A DNA stretch of 64,000 bases from an uncultured Gammaproteobacteria bacterium (GCA_964598995.1 CAZRDR010000021.1:537-64536), one strand, 5' to 3'. Positions 1-10,757 are shown, counted from the first letter of the stretch. The notes: a model not told the origin generated them from the sequence alone. Made by a program: numbers and translations.

Positions 1-890
1 ATAGTTTTGTAACGGAGTTCTGAAGGAGTCTTACCAGAAAAACTTGATAGAGTTAATTTCTGAACCAACTGTTCCTTACCAGTTCCAGCCTCACCAACGA
101 GTACGACATTATTATTTTCAAGCTTTGCCAGGCTTTCAATTAACTTTTCGTACTCCTTCTCTCTTCCGACAATTGAGACGTCCTTCTCAGTCAAGCTATT
201 GGTGAAATTGCGGGTATATTTCTTTGTCTCAAGCGTCCAGCCATTAACGAGTACTTCACCGATCCCTCCGCCATTCCCTTCGATATGGAACTTACGGAGT
301 TCTTCCTCATACGGGAACTGCAGCCTCGTCCAAACTAAAATCTGCATGATGTCCTCAGGCTTTAGTTTTTTAGTAAACAACAACTTTGATTGGTCTTCCT
401 CAAGTAGTAAGTAAGCAGCTACGAGGTCCATCGTCGTAACTCTCTTACCCCCTACCTCTTTTGCTAATTTATAAGCAAACTCTGGCAATATAGCATTTTT
501 TAGATCAGATTTAGGCAGATCCTCTCTGGTGATATTTGCCCGTTCCAAGAAGAATCGGACTTGTGGATACTGAAGAAGATCGTGGATGACATGAGACGCC
601 TGCGTGTAATGATAGACAGACGCTAAAGCTGGGAATGTCATGACCTGGAGTGCCTCATGTTCGGTAACCTCGTTTACCGTCTGTTTGGATTGAATCCGCG
701 AAATTTTATACCGATAAAAAATCTCACTCATGATGATCACATTGAGAAGAAATAAAGGAATCGTCGGGGTAGAGTCCATCATCCACGCAAGCAGACTCAC
801 GAGCAGTATCAGGAGTACTAAGGTAATGCGTACAGCTTTACTGAGTGGATTTCGATAAAAACGATAAAGCGTAATAAAATGATAGTCCAT
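1..890 (-). CDS. Membrane-anchored Clp/Hsp100-family AAA+ ATPase, N-terminal part (runs off window start)
   Basis: Absent from the ORF track because it has no stop inside the window. Manual translation from ATG 890: MDYHFITLYRFYRNPLSKAVRITLVLLILLVSLLAWMMDSTPTIPLFLLNVIIMSEIF (two hydrophobic segments) ... GWTLETKKYTRNFT ... IVGREKE ... NNNVVLVGEAGTGKE, which resembles the Clp NBD1 entry and Walker A. Confidence 0.85.
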   Translation of the reverse strand, partial: MDYHFITLYRFYRNPLSKAVRITLVLLILLVSLLAWMMDSTPTIPLFLLNVIIMSEIFYRYKISRIQSKQTVNEVTEHEALQVMTFPALASVYHYTQASHVIHDLLQYPQVRFFLERANITREDLPKSDLKNAILPEFAYKLAKEVGGKRVTTMDLVAAYLLLEEDQSKLLFTKKLKPEDIMQILVWTRLQFPYEEELRKFHIEGNGGGIGEVLVNGWTLETKKYTRNFTNSLTEKDVSIVGREKEYEKLIESLAKLENNNVVLVGEAGTGKEQLVQKLTLSSFSGKTPSELRYKT

Positions 891-901
891 AGTTAGTTAC
901 C

Positions 902-1231
902 TCACCAGATCAACAGCGCAACGGTAAATATCGGAAAGACGATAAACCCAATGATAAGCGCTGCTTCAAGCAAAAAAATCGGAACGAACAAGATGAGTGA
1001 GGTTAGAATCACCGCACTTTTAACAACGATCCCCATGCCGATTGAAAATCCGACGAGGCCTTTACGATATTCATTTTTGATCGGTTGAAAGAATGTCCGA
1101 AGTAAGAGTGATACTGAGAAAAATTGGAAAAAAGCTTTATTTACCTCGTGGAAGTATTTGAGAAGACGAATTGGTGCTTCGCCAAACCAAAAGGCAAGAA
1201 AATAAAACGGTAAGAACAGATAGGCAGCCAT
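902..1231 (-). CDS. Small membrane protein, hypothetical
   Basis: 109 aa with hydrophobic N- and C-terminal segments; ends 11 nt upstream of the membrane Clp ATPase start. Confidence 0.75.
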   Translation of the reverse strand: MAAYLFLPFYFLAFWFGEAPIRLLKYFHEVNKAFFQFFSVSLLLRTFFQPIKNEYRKGLVGFSIGMGIVVKSAVILTSLILFVPIFLLEAALIIGFIVFPIFTVALLIW

Positions 1232-1294
1232 AAAGTAATACCCCCAAACGAAGAGGTACTTTCATCTTAGTATATTAAGAGGAGAAAACTCAAA

Positions 1295-4015
1295 TTAATT
1301 AGTAGATGTCGAGGAAGCACTCATGCCATTGGCCGAAGTTGTAACGCCATTTGCCCCATTAGTCGTCTCTTCCTTTAAGAAAGGTGGGTTAAAATCAGGA
1401 GTTGCGAACTGTTGTGCCTGTGGCGCATCAGGCATCGCGTGAGCGTCCCCTGTATCACTTGGAGCTGGAGTCTGAGGCTGTGGCTGATCAGGCTGGGTCA
1501 AAACGTCTTGTTGCGTAGTTTCATCGGCCTTTGCTTCACCTTGAAGAGGTGTGCCACTCCCCTTACCAAAACTGAAAGCTGATTTGGACTCATCGTAGTC
1601 GACCACGATCGTGTCACCTGGAACGAACTGTTTACTGATCAGGAGCATCGCAACTTGGTTCTCGATTGCTGTCTGGATCAGTCGGCGCAGTGGCCTTGCG
1701 CCATAGACTGGATCATAGCCTTCTTGAGCAAGCTGGGCAAGCGCTTTATCTGTTGCTTGCATATGATAGCCTTGTTCTTCAAGTAACTTTGCCGTCTTAG
1801 CAATACCTAGCTTGGCAATCTGGGCCATATCCTGTCGGCGTAATGGCTTAAAGATCACGACGTCGTCAAAGCGATTGAGGAGTTCTGGTCTGAAGAACTT
1901 GCGTAATTCATTAGTTACCATCCCAGCTAGCTCTGAGAATTTCTGCGCGAACTGAGCATCAGTCTGCGCAGCAGCCTGTGCTTCAGCTCCATCACTTAAC
2001 TGCTGCTGGATGAGTGCACTTCCGATATTTGAGGTACAGATAACAATCGTATTCTTAAAAGAGATCGTGTTCCCTTTATTATCTGTTAGGCGTCCATCCT
2101 CAAGTAACTGGAGAAGGATATTAAAGACATCAGGGTGAGCTTTTTCTACCTCATCCAAAAGCACAATCGAGTATGGCTTAGCTCTGACTGCCTCAGTTAA
2201 TTGTCCGCCTTCTTCATAGCCGACATAGCCTGGAGGTGCTCCAATAAGCTTAGCCACTTCGTGCTTTTCCATATATTCCCTCATATCAAGACGGATGAGT
2301 GCGTCATCACGCCCAAAGAGGATCTCGGCTAAGGTTTTAGCTAATTCTGTTTTACCTACTCCAGTCGGCCCAAGAAAAACAAAAGAGGCAATTGGGCGGT
2401 TAGCTGGCGCTAAACCAATACGGCCGCGACGAACTGCTTCAGAGACTGCAGCGACAGCTTCTTGCTGGTCGATAAGACGATCATGGATACGATCTTCAAG
2501 CTTAAGTAACTTAGCACTCTCATCTTCGGTTAACTTCGTGATAGGAATACCAGTCCAATTACTGACGACTTTCTCGATATCAGATTTAACGACAGTACTT
2601 CCTGTTGCTTGAGAGGTAACCGGAGATTCAGCCATGCCATTATTTTCAAGCTTTTTCTCTCCCTCTTTGGTATCTGCTTTCGTCTCAACTGCCTTCGTCG
2701 GACCAATCCGTCCTAACTTAACATCAGCTGCAGCCTCATCGATCAGATCGACTGCTTTATCAGGGAGGTACCGCTCACCAATATATTTTTTAGACAATTT
2801 AACCGCTGCGACTAAGGTGTCATCTGGGATAGTGACGCTATGAAACTTCTCATATTTCGGACGAAGCACCTTTAGCATCTCAACAGCTGCTTCCTCAGAC
2901 GGCTCGTCACAAAGGATAGGCTGAAAACGTCTTTCAAAAGCTTTATCTTTCTCAAAATACTTTCGGTATTCAGCAGTAGTCGTAGTACCAATGATTTGCA
3001 TCTGACCACGAGCCAGATACGGCTTTACGATATTTGAAGCGTCTAACGCGCCATCGGTATCACCTGCACCGATAAGTGTATGAATCTCATCGATGAAGAG
3101 AATTATTTTGCCCTCACTGGCAGTTGTTTCATTAATAATACTCTTGAGACGCTCCTCAAACTCCCCTCGATGACTCGCACCTGCGACCATTGATGCCAGA
3201 TCTAATTGATAGATCTTTTTGTCTTTCAAATCCGCTGGAACAGAGCCGCTGACGATCGCCTCAGCTAACCCTTCAACGATCGCTGTCTTTCCGACACCAG
3301 CTTCACCGATGATGATGGGATTATTTTTAGTACGGCGTAACAAGACATGGATAAGGCGATCGACTTCTTTTTCTCGTCCAGCAATCGGATCTAATTTGCC
3401 CTGGCGTGCTTGTTCGGTAAGATCAATTGCATAGGTCTCAAGAACAGACTTTTTACCCGTAGTATAGGTCGGATTTTTAGATAGCTTAGTTTGGATTTCT
3501 TCTTTCTTAACCCCTTTCTCATTAAGCATCTTTGAAACATCTGAATTGCTATTACAGAACGCAACTAATAGATCTTCAGGAGAAATGAAGGAAACACCGC
3601 GAGCCTGGACATCTCGGTATGCCTGTTCGAAAAGCTGAGTCGTTGCGTCACTCAAAGTCGCCTGCCCACTGTAGGTCCCTAAGACTTCTTTACCTTGTAC
3701 TTCTTTAGCAAGTGCAGCTACATCGACAGAGAAGCCACTAAGTAACTTATAAATATCCTCATCATACAAAAGACCAAGCAATAACTGCTCTGGATCGATT
3801 TTCTCATGGCGAACGCGTTTCGCTTCATCTTGCGCGTGGTGAAGGACCTGAGTCGTGCGTGCATCTAAGTGAGAGAGTGCTGAGATGTTTTGGCGAGAAA
3901 CAGGATCCATGCGTGAAGTAGGCATGCTTGATGCTTGAGGCTGATCTTGAGGAGGAACCTGCTGTCCTACAGGCGCAACAGGATCCTTATGCTGATTAAA
4001 AAGATTTCCTAACAT
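1295..4015 (-). CDS. Clp/Hsp100 double-AAA+ ATPase (ClpC/ClpB-like, atypical)
   Basis: Clp-N repeats, [15 protein letters not shown], Walker A GEAGVGKT, Walker B LFIDEIH, second Walker A GPTGVGKT, pore loop [30 protein letters not shown]-rich tails at both ends. Confidence 0.95.
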   Translation of the reverse strand: MLGNLFNQHKDPVAPVGQQVPPQDQPQASSMPTSRMDPVSRQNISALSHLDARTTQVLHHAQDEAKRVRHEKIDPEQLLLGLLYDEDIYKLLSGFSVDVAALAKEVQGKEVLGTYSGQATLSDATTQLFEQAYRDVQARGVSFISPEDLLVAFCNSNSDVSKMLNEKGVKKEEIQTKLSKNPTYTTGKKSVLETYAIDLTEQARQGKLDPIAGREKEVDRLIHVLLRRTKNNPIIIGEAGVGKTAIVEGLAEAIVSGSVPADLKDKKIYQLDLASMVAGASHRGEFEERLKSIINETTASEGKIILFIDEIHTLIGAGDTDGALDASNIVKPYLARGQMQIIGTTTTAEYRKYFEKDKAFERRFQPILCDEPSEEAAVEMLKVLRPKYEKFHSVTIPDDTLVAAVKLSKKYIGERYLPDKAVDLIDEAAADVKLGRIGPTKAVETKADTKEGEKKLENNGMAESPVTSQATGSTVVKSDIEKVVSNWTGIPITKLTEDESAKLLKLEDRIHDRLIDQQEAVAAVSEAVRRGRIGLAPANRPIASFVFLGPTGVGKTELAKTLAEILFGRDDALIRLDMREYMEKHEVAKLIGAPPGYVGYEEGGQLTEAVRAKPYSIVLLDEVEKAHPDVFNILLQLLEDGRLTDNKGNTISFKNTIVICTSNIGSALIQQQLSDGAEAQAAAQTDAQFAQKFSELAGMVTNELRKFFRPELLNRFDDVVIFKPLRRQDMAQIAKLGIAKTAKLLEEQGYHMQATDKALAQLAQEGYDPVYGARPLRRLIQTAIENQVAMLLISKQFVPGDTIVVDYDESKSAFSFGKGSGTPLQGEAKADETTQQDVLTQPDQPQPQTPAPSDTGDAHAMPDAPQAQQFATPDFNPPFLKEETTNGANGVTTSANGMSASSTSTN

Positions 4016-4087
4016 GGGCAGAAAACACGAGTATACTTCGCGCTATAATTATTTAATACAAATTCTCAAGAAAGAGCAAGTGTTAAT

Positions 4088-7000
4088 CTACTCAGGCTTA
4101 TCTAATGGTATTGCTACTGCTTGCTCTTCAGTTTGAGATTTAGCGCAATTAGCTACATTCACGAGCGACTCTGGTTCGTTCGCTCCAGATAGCGTCGCGA
4201 GAGCCATCACAGCTGCTTCTTTTTTCGCTTTGAGATAACCAAGTACTTCATCATGGGAGAAGCCACCCAAAAGTAAGAAAGGTAGGATATCACCAACTAA
4301 CTTCATACCTTGCGTGATATTCTCTTCGGATTCTGATGTGAGGAGATTAATCACATTTTCTGTCTCTGACTTCTCCTCAGTAACCCATTCTTCTCTACTT
4401 TGTTCTTTATTTTCGCGAGTTTTTGGTACATCACCCTTGATAAATCGTTCATAAAACATCTTCTTGATCGCCTCATAGTCATCAAGGGATACTTTCTGCA
4501 CGTTATTCTGCTTAGGTAGTCGAGCCGGCTTAACTTTATGCTGTTGTTTTGCAAGCCTATCGTTAACAAGTTTTACCAGAACCTTAGCAAATGGATCGCC
4601 TTTCTTTTCGAGTTGTTGATAGATAGTGGTTATCTCCTGTTGAGTAGTACTTGGAATAGAGATAAATTGCTGCATAATCTGCGCAGCATTTTCGTTTTGT
4701 GTGCGGTTTTCAAGTAATAACACTCGAGCTTTATTTGCTGCAACAGGAGTGATCTCCCCATGTGCTAATGAAAGCAATGTCGATGAAACATTGTCAGAAG
4801 TTTTTTCTCTTTCGAGCGTTTCTTTAAGCGTAGAATAAACTTCTCTCAACTTGTCATCAGTGATCTGCAGAGGATTATCGAGATACTGTAGAAACTTCAT
4901 AGTACTCTGAGTCTGCTCAGCTGAAACTTTATCCATTACAGTCATGATTGTTGCAGCTGATTCATTGCCTGACTGACGTGACTTTACGAGTTCTTCTCGA
5001 GCAGAACGGAATTCTTGTTGAAGCGGGAGGGCAATAAGAGATGGATCAAGTACTCCCTGAAGTGTGTTCATAATTGCTGTTGGGGTATCCTCAATCAGTG
5101 GAGCCTCTGAACTTGCGGTCAAAGCCATAAGTGTTGCTGCGGATTGGTCACCTTGTGCTGTTCTCGTCTGGAGTGATTTCTTCAGGGAATTGAGTTGTGC
5201 TGACTCATCTGCAGTCAGACTCAAGTTTTGTAGAGACTTACTGAGTACCCGTGCGAGATCTCTCATACTCCCTTGCTGGCTAGACTGAGTCTCAAATGAG
5301 GCAACATCTCTAAGCGTAGGGACTGTGAGCTTAATCTGTGGAGCCGTCTGTAACGTTTGGTCAGCTTCAGATACAGTTACCTCTGCTGCCTGCATCGTCT
5401 GAGTGTTTGCAGTCTTTTGGGCAGTATTCTTCACTGAAAGAAGCGTTTGTTCATCTGACTGCTGAAGTGTCGTGAGGACACTCTTTCCAGCTTCTAATTT
5501 AGCTTTAAGATATCCAGTTATCTCCTCTTTAGAAAAGCCGCCTAAGAGAAGGAATGGTAAGATTTCACCAACTCTATCCATTCCCATTTGGACTTGGTTT
5601 GGATCACTTGAGGCTAGGAGATTAATCGTATCGCTGATATCAGTCGTCTCTTTCGTAATCCAGGCTTCACGAGTGGTATTAGCTGGTGGTTCTGCGCTCG
5701 AATAGTTATCAGACCAAAGTTTCTTTACACTTTCATAATCCTCAAGTGAAACTTGCTGAATTCGATTCTTGGTCGGAATAGTAGCTGAAGTCACACTCGC
5801 TGCTGCTGGATGAAGTTGTTTAGTAAAGGCCCTCAGGAGTGACGTCGCTAACGTATTATTAGTAGACTTTGCCTCGATAAGTTTTTTGTAGAGAGACTCA
5901 AGCCCTGCCTGTGTCTCTGGTTGAACTGAAGCCACTTCATCTTTAAGATAAATTGCTAACTCATCACCATGAGAAGCATTAGTATTGATGACTGCAATCA
6001 AGTTAACAATACTCTCCTGAGTGAGTGGAGCACGTAAAGTCTTGAGTACTAGTTGGGCTGTCGTATTTCTATCTTCACTTGCTTGGGCTACTCGCTCAAC
6101 CAACTTCTTATAATGCATTTGCTCTGATGCTGTAGATAAATTCTCAGGATTACTTAACCTCGTTAACAATGTCTCTGCGTCAGTCTGATAATTAAGCTTT
6201 AGCTTGGTAGCTTCGTTAGTAATCTCAACAGCGAGTGGGTCATTGGATCTCGTTAGTACCGCAAGCTTGTCATGCAGCTCCTGGAAATACTGAACGGTAT
6301 TTTTTTCTCCAGCAATTTCGGGAGTGACAAGAGCAAGCATGGTTGTTGCAAATTGACTACGTTCACTTTCAGACAGCTTACTTGGCAACGTCTCAAGCAA
6401 TTGTGTTGCACTCAGGATCATCGTAGCCAGCGGGTTGTTTTCACTACTTTCCTTGATAACTTCATCGCGAATCTGAACCATTCTTTCTCGCTCTTTAGTA
6501 TCGGTTATCCTTTCAGGATGAGACAGATGCTCAAGGACATTCTTAATACTGGTGATCTGTGATGACTCTTTCGTTTCTGACTTCGTCTCAAAGCGAGCAA
6601 TATCGGTAAGCTTAGGTACAGACAACTCAGTCTTTTTCAGAAGAGTTACATCAAATGGTGCATTTGGAGCAGCTGTCTGATTGACTACCGTATTCGTTTC
6701 ATCATTATTTGTCGTATTCGTAGTTGAGTAATTGTAGTTATTTACCACTGTCGTTGGCGCGCTAATTGAAGTATCTTTCTCATCGATTTCAGCTGAAGCT
6801 GCCAAGTGTTTTGTCTCAGTCTTTACTGCCTGCTTCGTTTCAACAAGAGTATCTTCTTCATCTTGCTGAGTTGTCGTATCCTCAAGAACGTTCTTGCCTG
6901 CTTCTATTTTAGCTTTGAGATAGGCGATCATCTCAGTCTGTGAGAACCCGCCGATGAGTAGGAATGGTAAGATATCTGAGACCTGCTGCATTCCTTGTTC

Positions 7001-9385
7001 AACTTCTTGGGGATTACTCGATGAGAGTAAATTCACTGTCTCTTGGATACTTGCGATGTCACTCTGGATCCATTCTTTACGACCTGATTGGCCGACAGGG
7101 ACTTCAACATTTTTATAATTTTCTTTCCACATCTTCTTAACCGCTTCATAATCCTCCAGGGACACCTGCTGGATACGGTTAACCTGAGGCAGAGTACCTG
7201 ATTTCAATTTGGCTGTGGCAGAGACAGGAGCAACTGCAGCTTTTTGTGATGTCAGCGTCTTTAACAGGAGCGTTGCGAGTGGATCGCCTTTTTTACTTGC
7301 TTCCTCAAGTGTCGTATGAAGTTGCTCCATGTCTTTCTCTGTTGTCTTATCAGAGGTAGAGACTGTCTTGAGAAGCTCTGCAGCTAATGGATTACCCTGT
7401 GCTTTGGCCTCAAGTAGCTGATCCTGGATCTTTCTAACCTGTTCAGGACTTGAAGCGTTATCGAGATTTTGGGCAAGCATCGTTGCTAACGGATTACCTG
7501 ATTTACTCGCAGCCATAATCTTCTCGCGAAGTGTCGTGTAGTTAGCCTTTTCACTTGTATTGGTTACTTTCTCTGGGTGCGAAATTCCCTGTAGAAGCTG
7601 CTGGAGGTTCGTTACTTGGTTAGTCGTGTAGTTATTAACATTATTAAGAATAGTCGTCGCGAACTGATTGCCTTCCTTTGCGGCTTTACCCAACTCTTGT
7701 TTGATCTCAACTATTTTCTGCTGGTCACGCTTAGAGGTGATGAGTGTCGGCTGCGCTAAGTGCTGTACGAGACTCTGCATCTGCTGGGAGACTGAAGAAG
7801 CCGATGACTGCGATGAGTAACTCGTATAGGTCGTGGCTGCATTAAGTATGTTCGTCGCGACAGAATTGCCTTTCTGACTCTCAGTCACTAACTTTTCTTT
7901 GATAACGCGCAGACGATCTCGCTCGGTGCTTGAGGCGACTGTGGTTGGATTCGCGATATTGATAAGAGTCTGCTTCATGCGCTCAATCTCACGCTGTGAG
8001 TTAACGTCATGACTCAGACGAGTCGACTCATAGCGAGCGATATCACGCATCGTCGGAATTGAAAGATTGGTCAGACGTGAAATTTCTGTCTGGTTATTGC
8101 GAGTTACGAGCGTTGGGCGTTCTACCGTTCGGCTGGCTGTAGTAGGAATATCTCTCGCAAGTCCCGTCGTCTTAGGGATTTCAAACCGCTTCGCAAATGG
8201 AAGAGCCCTTGCCAGTCCAGTCGTAGCTGGTGGAGGAGTTCCTGGAGGGAGCGGCGTAAGAGGAGCTACAGGTCTATTATTAAGCATCGTATAGACCTGT
8301 TTGATCAGAGGGTTATTCTGATAATTAAAGGCCATCATGTAGTCTAAAAAGATCTGCAGCAGAATAAATGGCAAAATAATCACCGTCCAGAGCATCAGGA
8401 GCGCAACTAGGTAGAGAGCGAAAGTATCAGGCAAATTCACACTATTATTAAGACCGATGTTCTGACCTGGGCCACCGAGTAAGATGTTAATAGCGGTCGG
8501 GTAGACAGCATCTGCTGGATTATTTACTCCTGAAAAATTAAAAATGAGCGGCAACCCTGAATGCCAGAGGCGAACCAGACCAGATAAAAATACAGCAAAG
8601 AGAGGCGCATAAAGTAACCATCTGAAGAATTCCCCCACCCAAATTTTGGCAGTATTTCGCAGTGGGTAAAACAAGAGAAGTAGTGGGAAGATGGGCGAGA
8701 CGATGATCAAGAACCACAGGATGATTTTACGGAAAATCAGGAGGATGACCATCGCATAATAGGTAAAGGCTGTAAGTTTTACTAGCAGTAATGAGATAAA
8801 GGCAGACTCATCAAAAGATTGGCCGAAAACCCGCAGTCCCTGAAACGACTGGTAATTAAAGCCAACATATAAAAGATCTTTTTGGGAAATAATTTGTCCG
8901 GCCTGGTTACGCAGGAAAAATCCTTGGAAGATATCAATAATTTGATAGAGAAACTGCACCAGCGAGAATGAAAAAGTCACAAGTAATACCACGAGGAAAA
9001 ATCGCGGCAGGAAGCGTTTGGCAGATAGACTTCTGCCTCGCGTTATGATCAAGATAAATGCTGTAACTAAAATAACGAAGAGAAAAAGTGCATAGACTAT
9101 TCGCTGAATCGTCTGCCAGAGTGGAACAAGCGGATTGTTACTATACGCACTATCTGATGCCCATTTATAGTCTCTTAGCGTCCAGTCCAGTAACTGACCA
9201 GAACGAGCAGCATTTTTACCAATAGTCGTAACCTCAGGGTCTTTAATCCATGAGCCCTCTTGAGGCAAATCTTGAGCTTGGACAGTATCGACCGCTGTAG
9301 TGTCAGCAGCGTGAATAATAGCTGTCGATAGCGGGCTGAGTAAAATCCCTAATACCAATAAAATCGAAACTAAATATTTTTTCAT
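4088..9385 (-). CDS. Giant membrane protein: N-terminal VirB6/TrbL-like multi-TM domain plus three tandem helical repeat modules
   Basis: 1765 aa. Signal peptide, then about 6-7 TM segments in aa ~90-350 (including RKIILWFLIIVSPIFPLLLLFYP), a Pro-rich linker and internal repeats. Its ATG overlaps the pilin stop (TAATG at 9387-9383). The VirB6-like call is inferred from topology and context. Confidence 0.7.
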   Translation of the reverse strand: MKKYLVSILLVLGILLSPLSTAIIHAADTTAVDTVQAQDLPQEGSWIKDPEVTTIGKNAARSGQLLDWTLRDYKWASDSAYSNNPLVPLWQTIQRIVYALFLFVILVTAFILIITRGRSLSAKRFLPRFFLVVLLVTFSFSLVQFLYQIIDIFQGFFLRNQAGQIISQKDLLYVGFNYQSFQGLRVFGQSFDESAFISLLLVKLTAFTYYAMVILLIFRKIILWFLIIVSPIFPLLLLFYPLRNTAKIWVGEFFRWLLYAPLFAVFLSGLVRLWHSGLPLIFNFSGVNNPADAVYPTAINILLGGPGQNIGLNNSVNLPDTFALYLVALLMLWTVIILPFILLQIFLDYMMAFNYQNNPLIKQVYTMLNNRPVAPLTPLPPGTPPPATTGLARALPFAKRFEIPKTTGLARDIPTTASRTVERPTLVTRNNQTEISRLTNLSIPTMRDIARYESTRLSHDVNSQREIERMKQTLINIANPTTVASSTERDRLRVIKEKLVTESQKGNSVATNILNAATTYTSYSSQSSASSVSQQMQSLVQHLAQPTLITSKRDQQKIVEIKQELGKAAKEGNQFATTILNNVNNYTTNQVTNLQQLLQGISHPEKVTNTSEKANYTTLREKIMAASKSGNPLATMLAQNLDNASSPEQVRKIQDQLLEAKAQGNPLAAELLKTVSTSDKTTEKDMEQLHTTLEEASKKGDPLATLLLKTLTSQKAAVAPVSATAKLKSGTLPQVNRIQQVSLEDYEAVKKMWKENYKNVEVPVGQSGRKEWIQSDIASIQETVNLLSSSNPQEVEQGMQQVSDILPFLLIGGFSQTEMIAYLKAKIEAGKNVLEDTTTQQDEEDTLVETKQAVKTETKHLAASAEIDEKDTSISAPTTVVNNYNYSTTNTTNNDETNTVVNQTAAPNAPFDVTLLKKTELSVPKLTDIARFETKSETKESSQITSIKNVLEHLSHPERITDTKERERMVQIRDEVIKESSENNPLATMILSATQLLETLPSKLSESERSQFATTMLALVTPEIAGEKNTVQYFQELHDKLAVLTRSNDPLAVEITNEATKLKLNYQTDAETLLTRLSNPENLSTASEQMHYKKLVERVAQASEDRNTTAQLVLKTLRAPLTQESIVNLIAVINTNASHGDELAIYLKDEVASVQPETQAGLESLYKKLIEAKSTNNTLATSLLRAFTKQLHPAAASVTSATIPTKNRIQQVSLEDYESVKKLWSDNYSSAEPPANTTREAWITKETTDISDTINLLASSDPNQVQMGMDRVGEILPFLLLGGFSKEEITGYLKAKLEAGKSVLTTLQQSDEQTLLSVKNTAQKTANTQTMQAAEVTVSEADQTLQTAPQIKLTVPTLRDVASFETQSSQQGSMRDLARVLSKSLQNLSLTADESAQLNSLKKSLQTRTAQGDQSAATLMALTASSEAPLIEDTPTAIMNTLQGVLDPSLIALPLQQEFRSAREELVKSRQSGNESAATIMTVMDKVSAEQTQSTMKFLQYLDNPLQITDDKLREVYSTLKETLEREKTSDNVSSTLLSLAHGEITPVAANKARVLLLENRTQNENAAQIMQQFISIPSTTQQEITTIYQQLEKKGDPFAKVLVKLVNDRLAKQQHKVKPARLPKQNNVQKVSLDDYEAIKKMFYERFIKGDVPKTRENKEQSREEWVTEEKSETENVINLLTSESEENITQGMKLVGDILPFLLLGGFSHDEVLGYLKAKKEAAVMALATLSGANEPESLVNVANCAKSQTEEQAVAIPLDKPE
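4199..8066 (-). repeat. Three tandem protein-level modules (~8066-6881, ~6626-5473, ~5330-4199)
   Basis: Each module opens with LSIPTMRDIARYES / LSVPKLTDIARFET / LTVPTLRDVASFET. Each closes with a ~105-aa domain: N(R/N)(I/V)Q(Q/K)VSL(E/D)DYE..KK...(E/A)W(I/V)...NLL.S...GM..V..ILPFLL(I/L)GGFS..E...YLKAK.EA. Confidence 0.9.
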
Positions 9386-9798
9386 TAATGACTAACTCCT
9401 GGCAGCTGCAAAATGTCTACCAAGAAGACTTCGATGAATATAAAGCCGAAAATCGCGAGGAGCAGTCCTAAAACTGCATAAAAAATATAACTTTTACCGA
9501 CATTTACTTTTTCTGGTTTACCTTCTGACGTAAGGAGTGTATAGCCGCCGATAATGATAAAGACTAAGGCAACACCGCCGATAAGTCCCAGCCCAATACC
9601 ATAAAAACTCGTGACGAACTGGATAGGATCTGTAGGCAAACACCCAACTTCAGTCATCGCCTGATCTGAGGGACAACTCGGAGTTGGAGTAGGGACATCT
9701 GCAGCATAGGTAAGCTGAGAGGTAAGTACTAATAAGCAGAATGTTACAAGCACAAGGCTTGTGACCATTCGAATGATGTGGGCAGACATCTTTTTCAT
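9385..9798 (-). CDS. CPR-type pilin (TrbC/VirB2-like)
   Basis: Signal peptide, short Cys-containing PTPTP linker, then two hydrophobic helices joined by GGYTLLTSEGKPEKVNVGK, the typical VirB2-like CPR pilin pattern. Confidence 0.8.
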   Translation of the reverse strand: MKKMSAHIIRMVTSLVLVTFCLLVLTSQLTYAADVPTPTPSCPSDQAMTEVGCLPTDPIQFVTSFYGIGLGLIGGVALVFIIIGGYTLLTSEGKPEKVNVGKSYIFYAVLGLLLAIFGFIFIEVFLVDILQLPGVSH

Positions 9799-9804
9799 AG
9801 CAGG

Positions 9805-9822
9805 AAAAACCCGAAAACGGGC
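9805..9822 (-). terminator. Hairpin plus U-tract between dnaJ and pilin
   Basis: Minus strand GCCCG-TTTT-CGGGT followed by TTTT. A TATACT -10-like box lies at 9843-9838. Confidence 0.5.
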
Positions 9823-9883
9823 TATACTCCTGTTAAAAGTATATGGAGTTTATAGATAAATTACAATTGAAGAAGATTAGTTC

Positions 9884-10756
9884 TTAAAACCACTTTTTCT
9901 TCGAGGATTCGGTATCGAACTGTTCAAGTAATTCTTTTTGCTTTTTACTCACGGTTTTTGGGATCACGACTTTTATTTTTACATAATGGTCACCCATGCC
10001 TGAGCCGCGGAGTCGCTGGATGCCTTTGCCGCGTAAGCGAATCAAGCTTTCAGGCTGCGTACCGGAAGGAATTTTAATCTTTACTGGACCTTGGACAGTC
10101 TCGACACTAATCTCACTGCCGAGGACTGCCTGTGGGAAGGTAATCTCCTCCTCAGAGATAACATCTGAACCCTCACGCTGAAATTTTTTATCTGATGCGA
10201 CGTCAAACACGATGTCATAAGTATCAAACCTCATCCTCGTTCCAGAATCAACTCCAGCTGGAACTTTGATCTTTTGTTTTTTACCATCGATGGTGACCTC
10301 TTTTTCTGTTCCGCTCACAGCCTCAGTAAATGAAAGCGAAAGAGAGTAGACCGGCCGACGTGATCGTGACCCAAAAGGTGAAGCACCGCCAAAAAACTGC
10401 TCGAAAATTTCAAAAGGATCTGAAAATCCGCCGAAGTCAAAGCCCTGGCCATTAGTCGTGTACGTGTACTGTCCGCCAAAACCACCAAAAGGCCCCTGAC
10501 CACCAAATGGTCCGCCAGCCCCAGCGCCTCCTTGCTCAAATGCTGCAGCTCCGAACTGGTCATACGTCTGACGCTTCTGTGGATCAGACAAGACCTCATA
10601 GGCTTTAGTAATTTCTTTGAACTTCTCTTCGCCTTCTTTAGTCTTATTACGATCAGGATGATACTGAAGCGCTAACTTACGATAGGATTTCTTAATCTCA
10701 TCCTGTGTTGCCGACTTAGTTACACCTAATAATGAATAATAATCTTGATTTGCCAT
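9884..10756 (-). CDS. dnaJ: DnaJ-class chaperone lacking the zinc finger (type II/CbpA-like)
   Basis: J-domain with HPD, G/F-rich region and C-terminal DnaJ domain; no CxxCxGxG repeats. Confidence 0.9.
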   Translation of the reverse strand: MANQDYYSLLGVTKSATQDEIKKSYRKLALQYHPDRNKTKEGEEKFKEITKAYEVLSDPQKRQTYDQFGAAAFEQGGAGAGGPFGGQGPFGGFGGQYTYTTNGQGFDFGGFSDPFEIFEQFFGGASPFGSRSRRPVYSLSLSFTEAVSGTEKEVTIDGKKQKIKVPAGVDSGTRMRFDTYDIVFDVASDKKFQREGSDVISEEEITFPQAVLGSEISVETVQGPVKIKIPSGTQPESLIRLRGKGIQRLRGSGMGDHYVKIKVVIPKTVSKKQKELLEQFDTESSKKKWF

Positions 10757-10757
10757 A

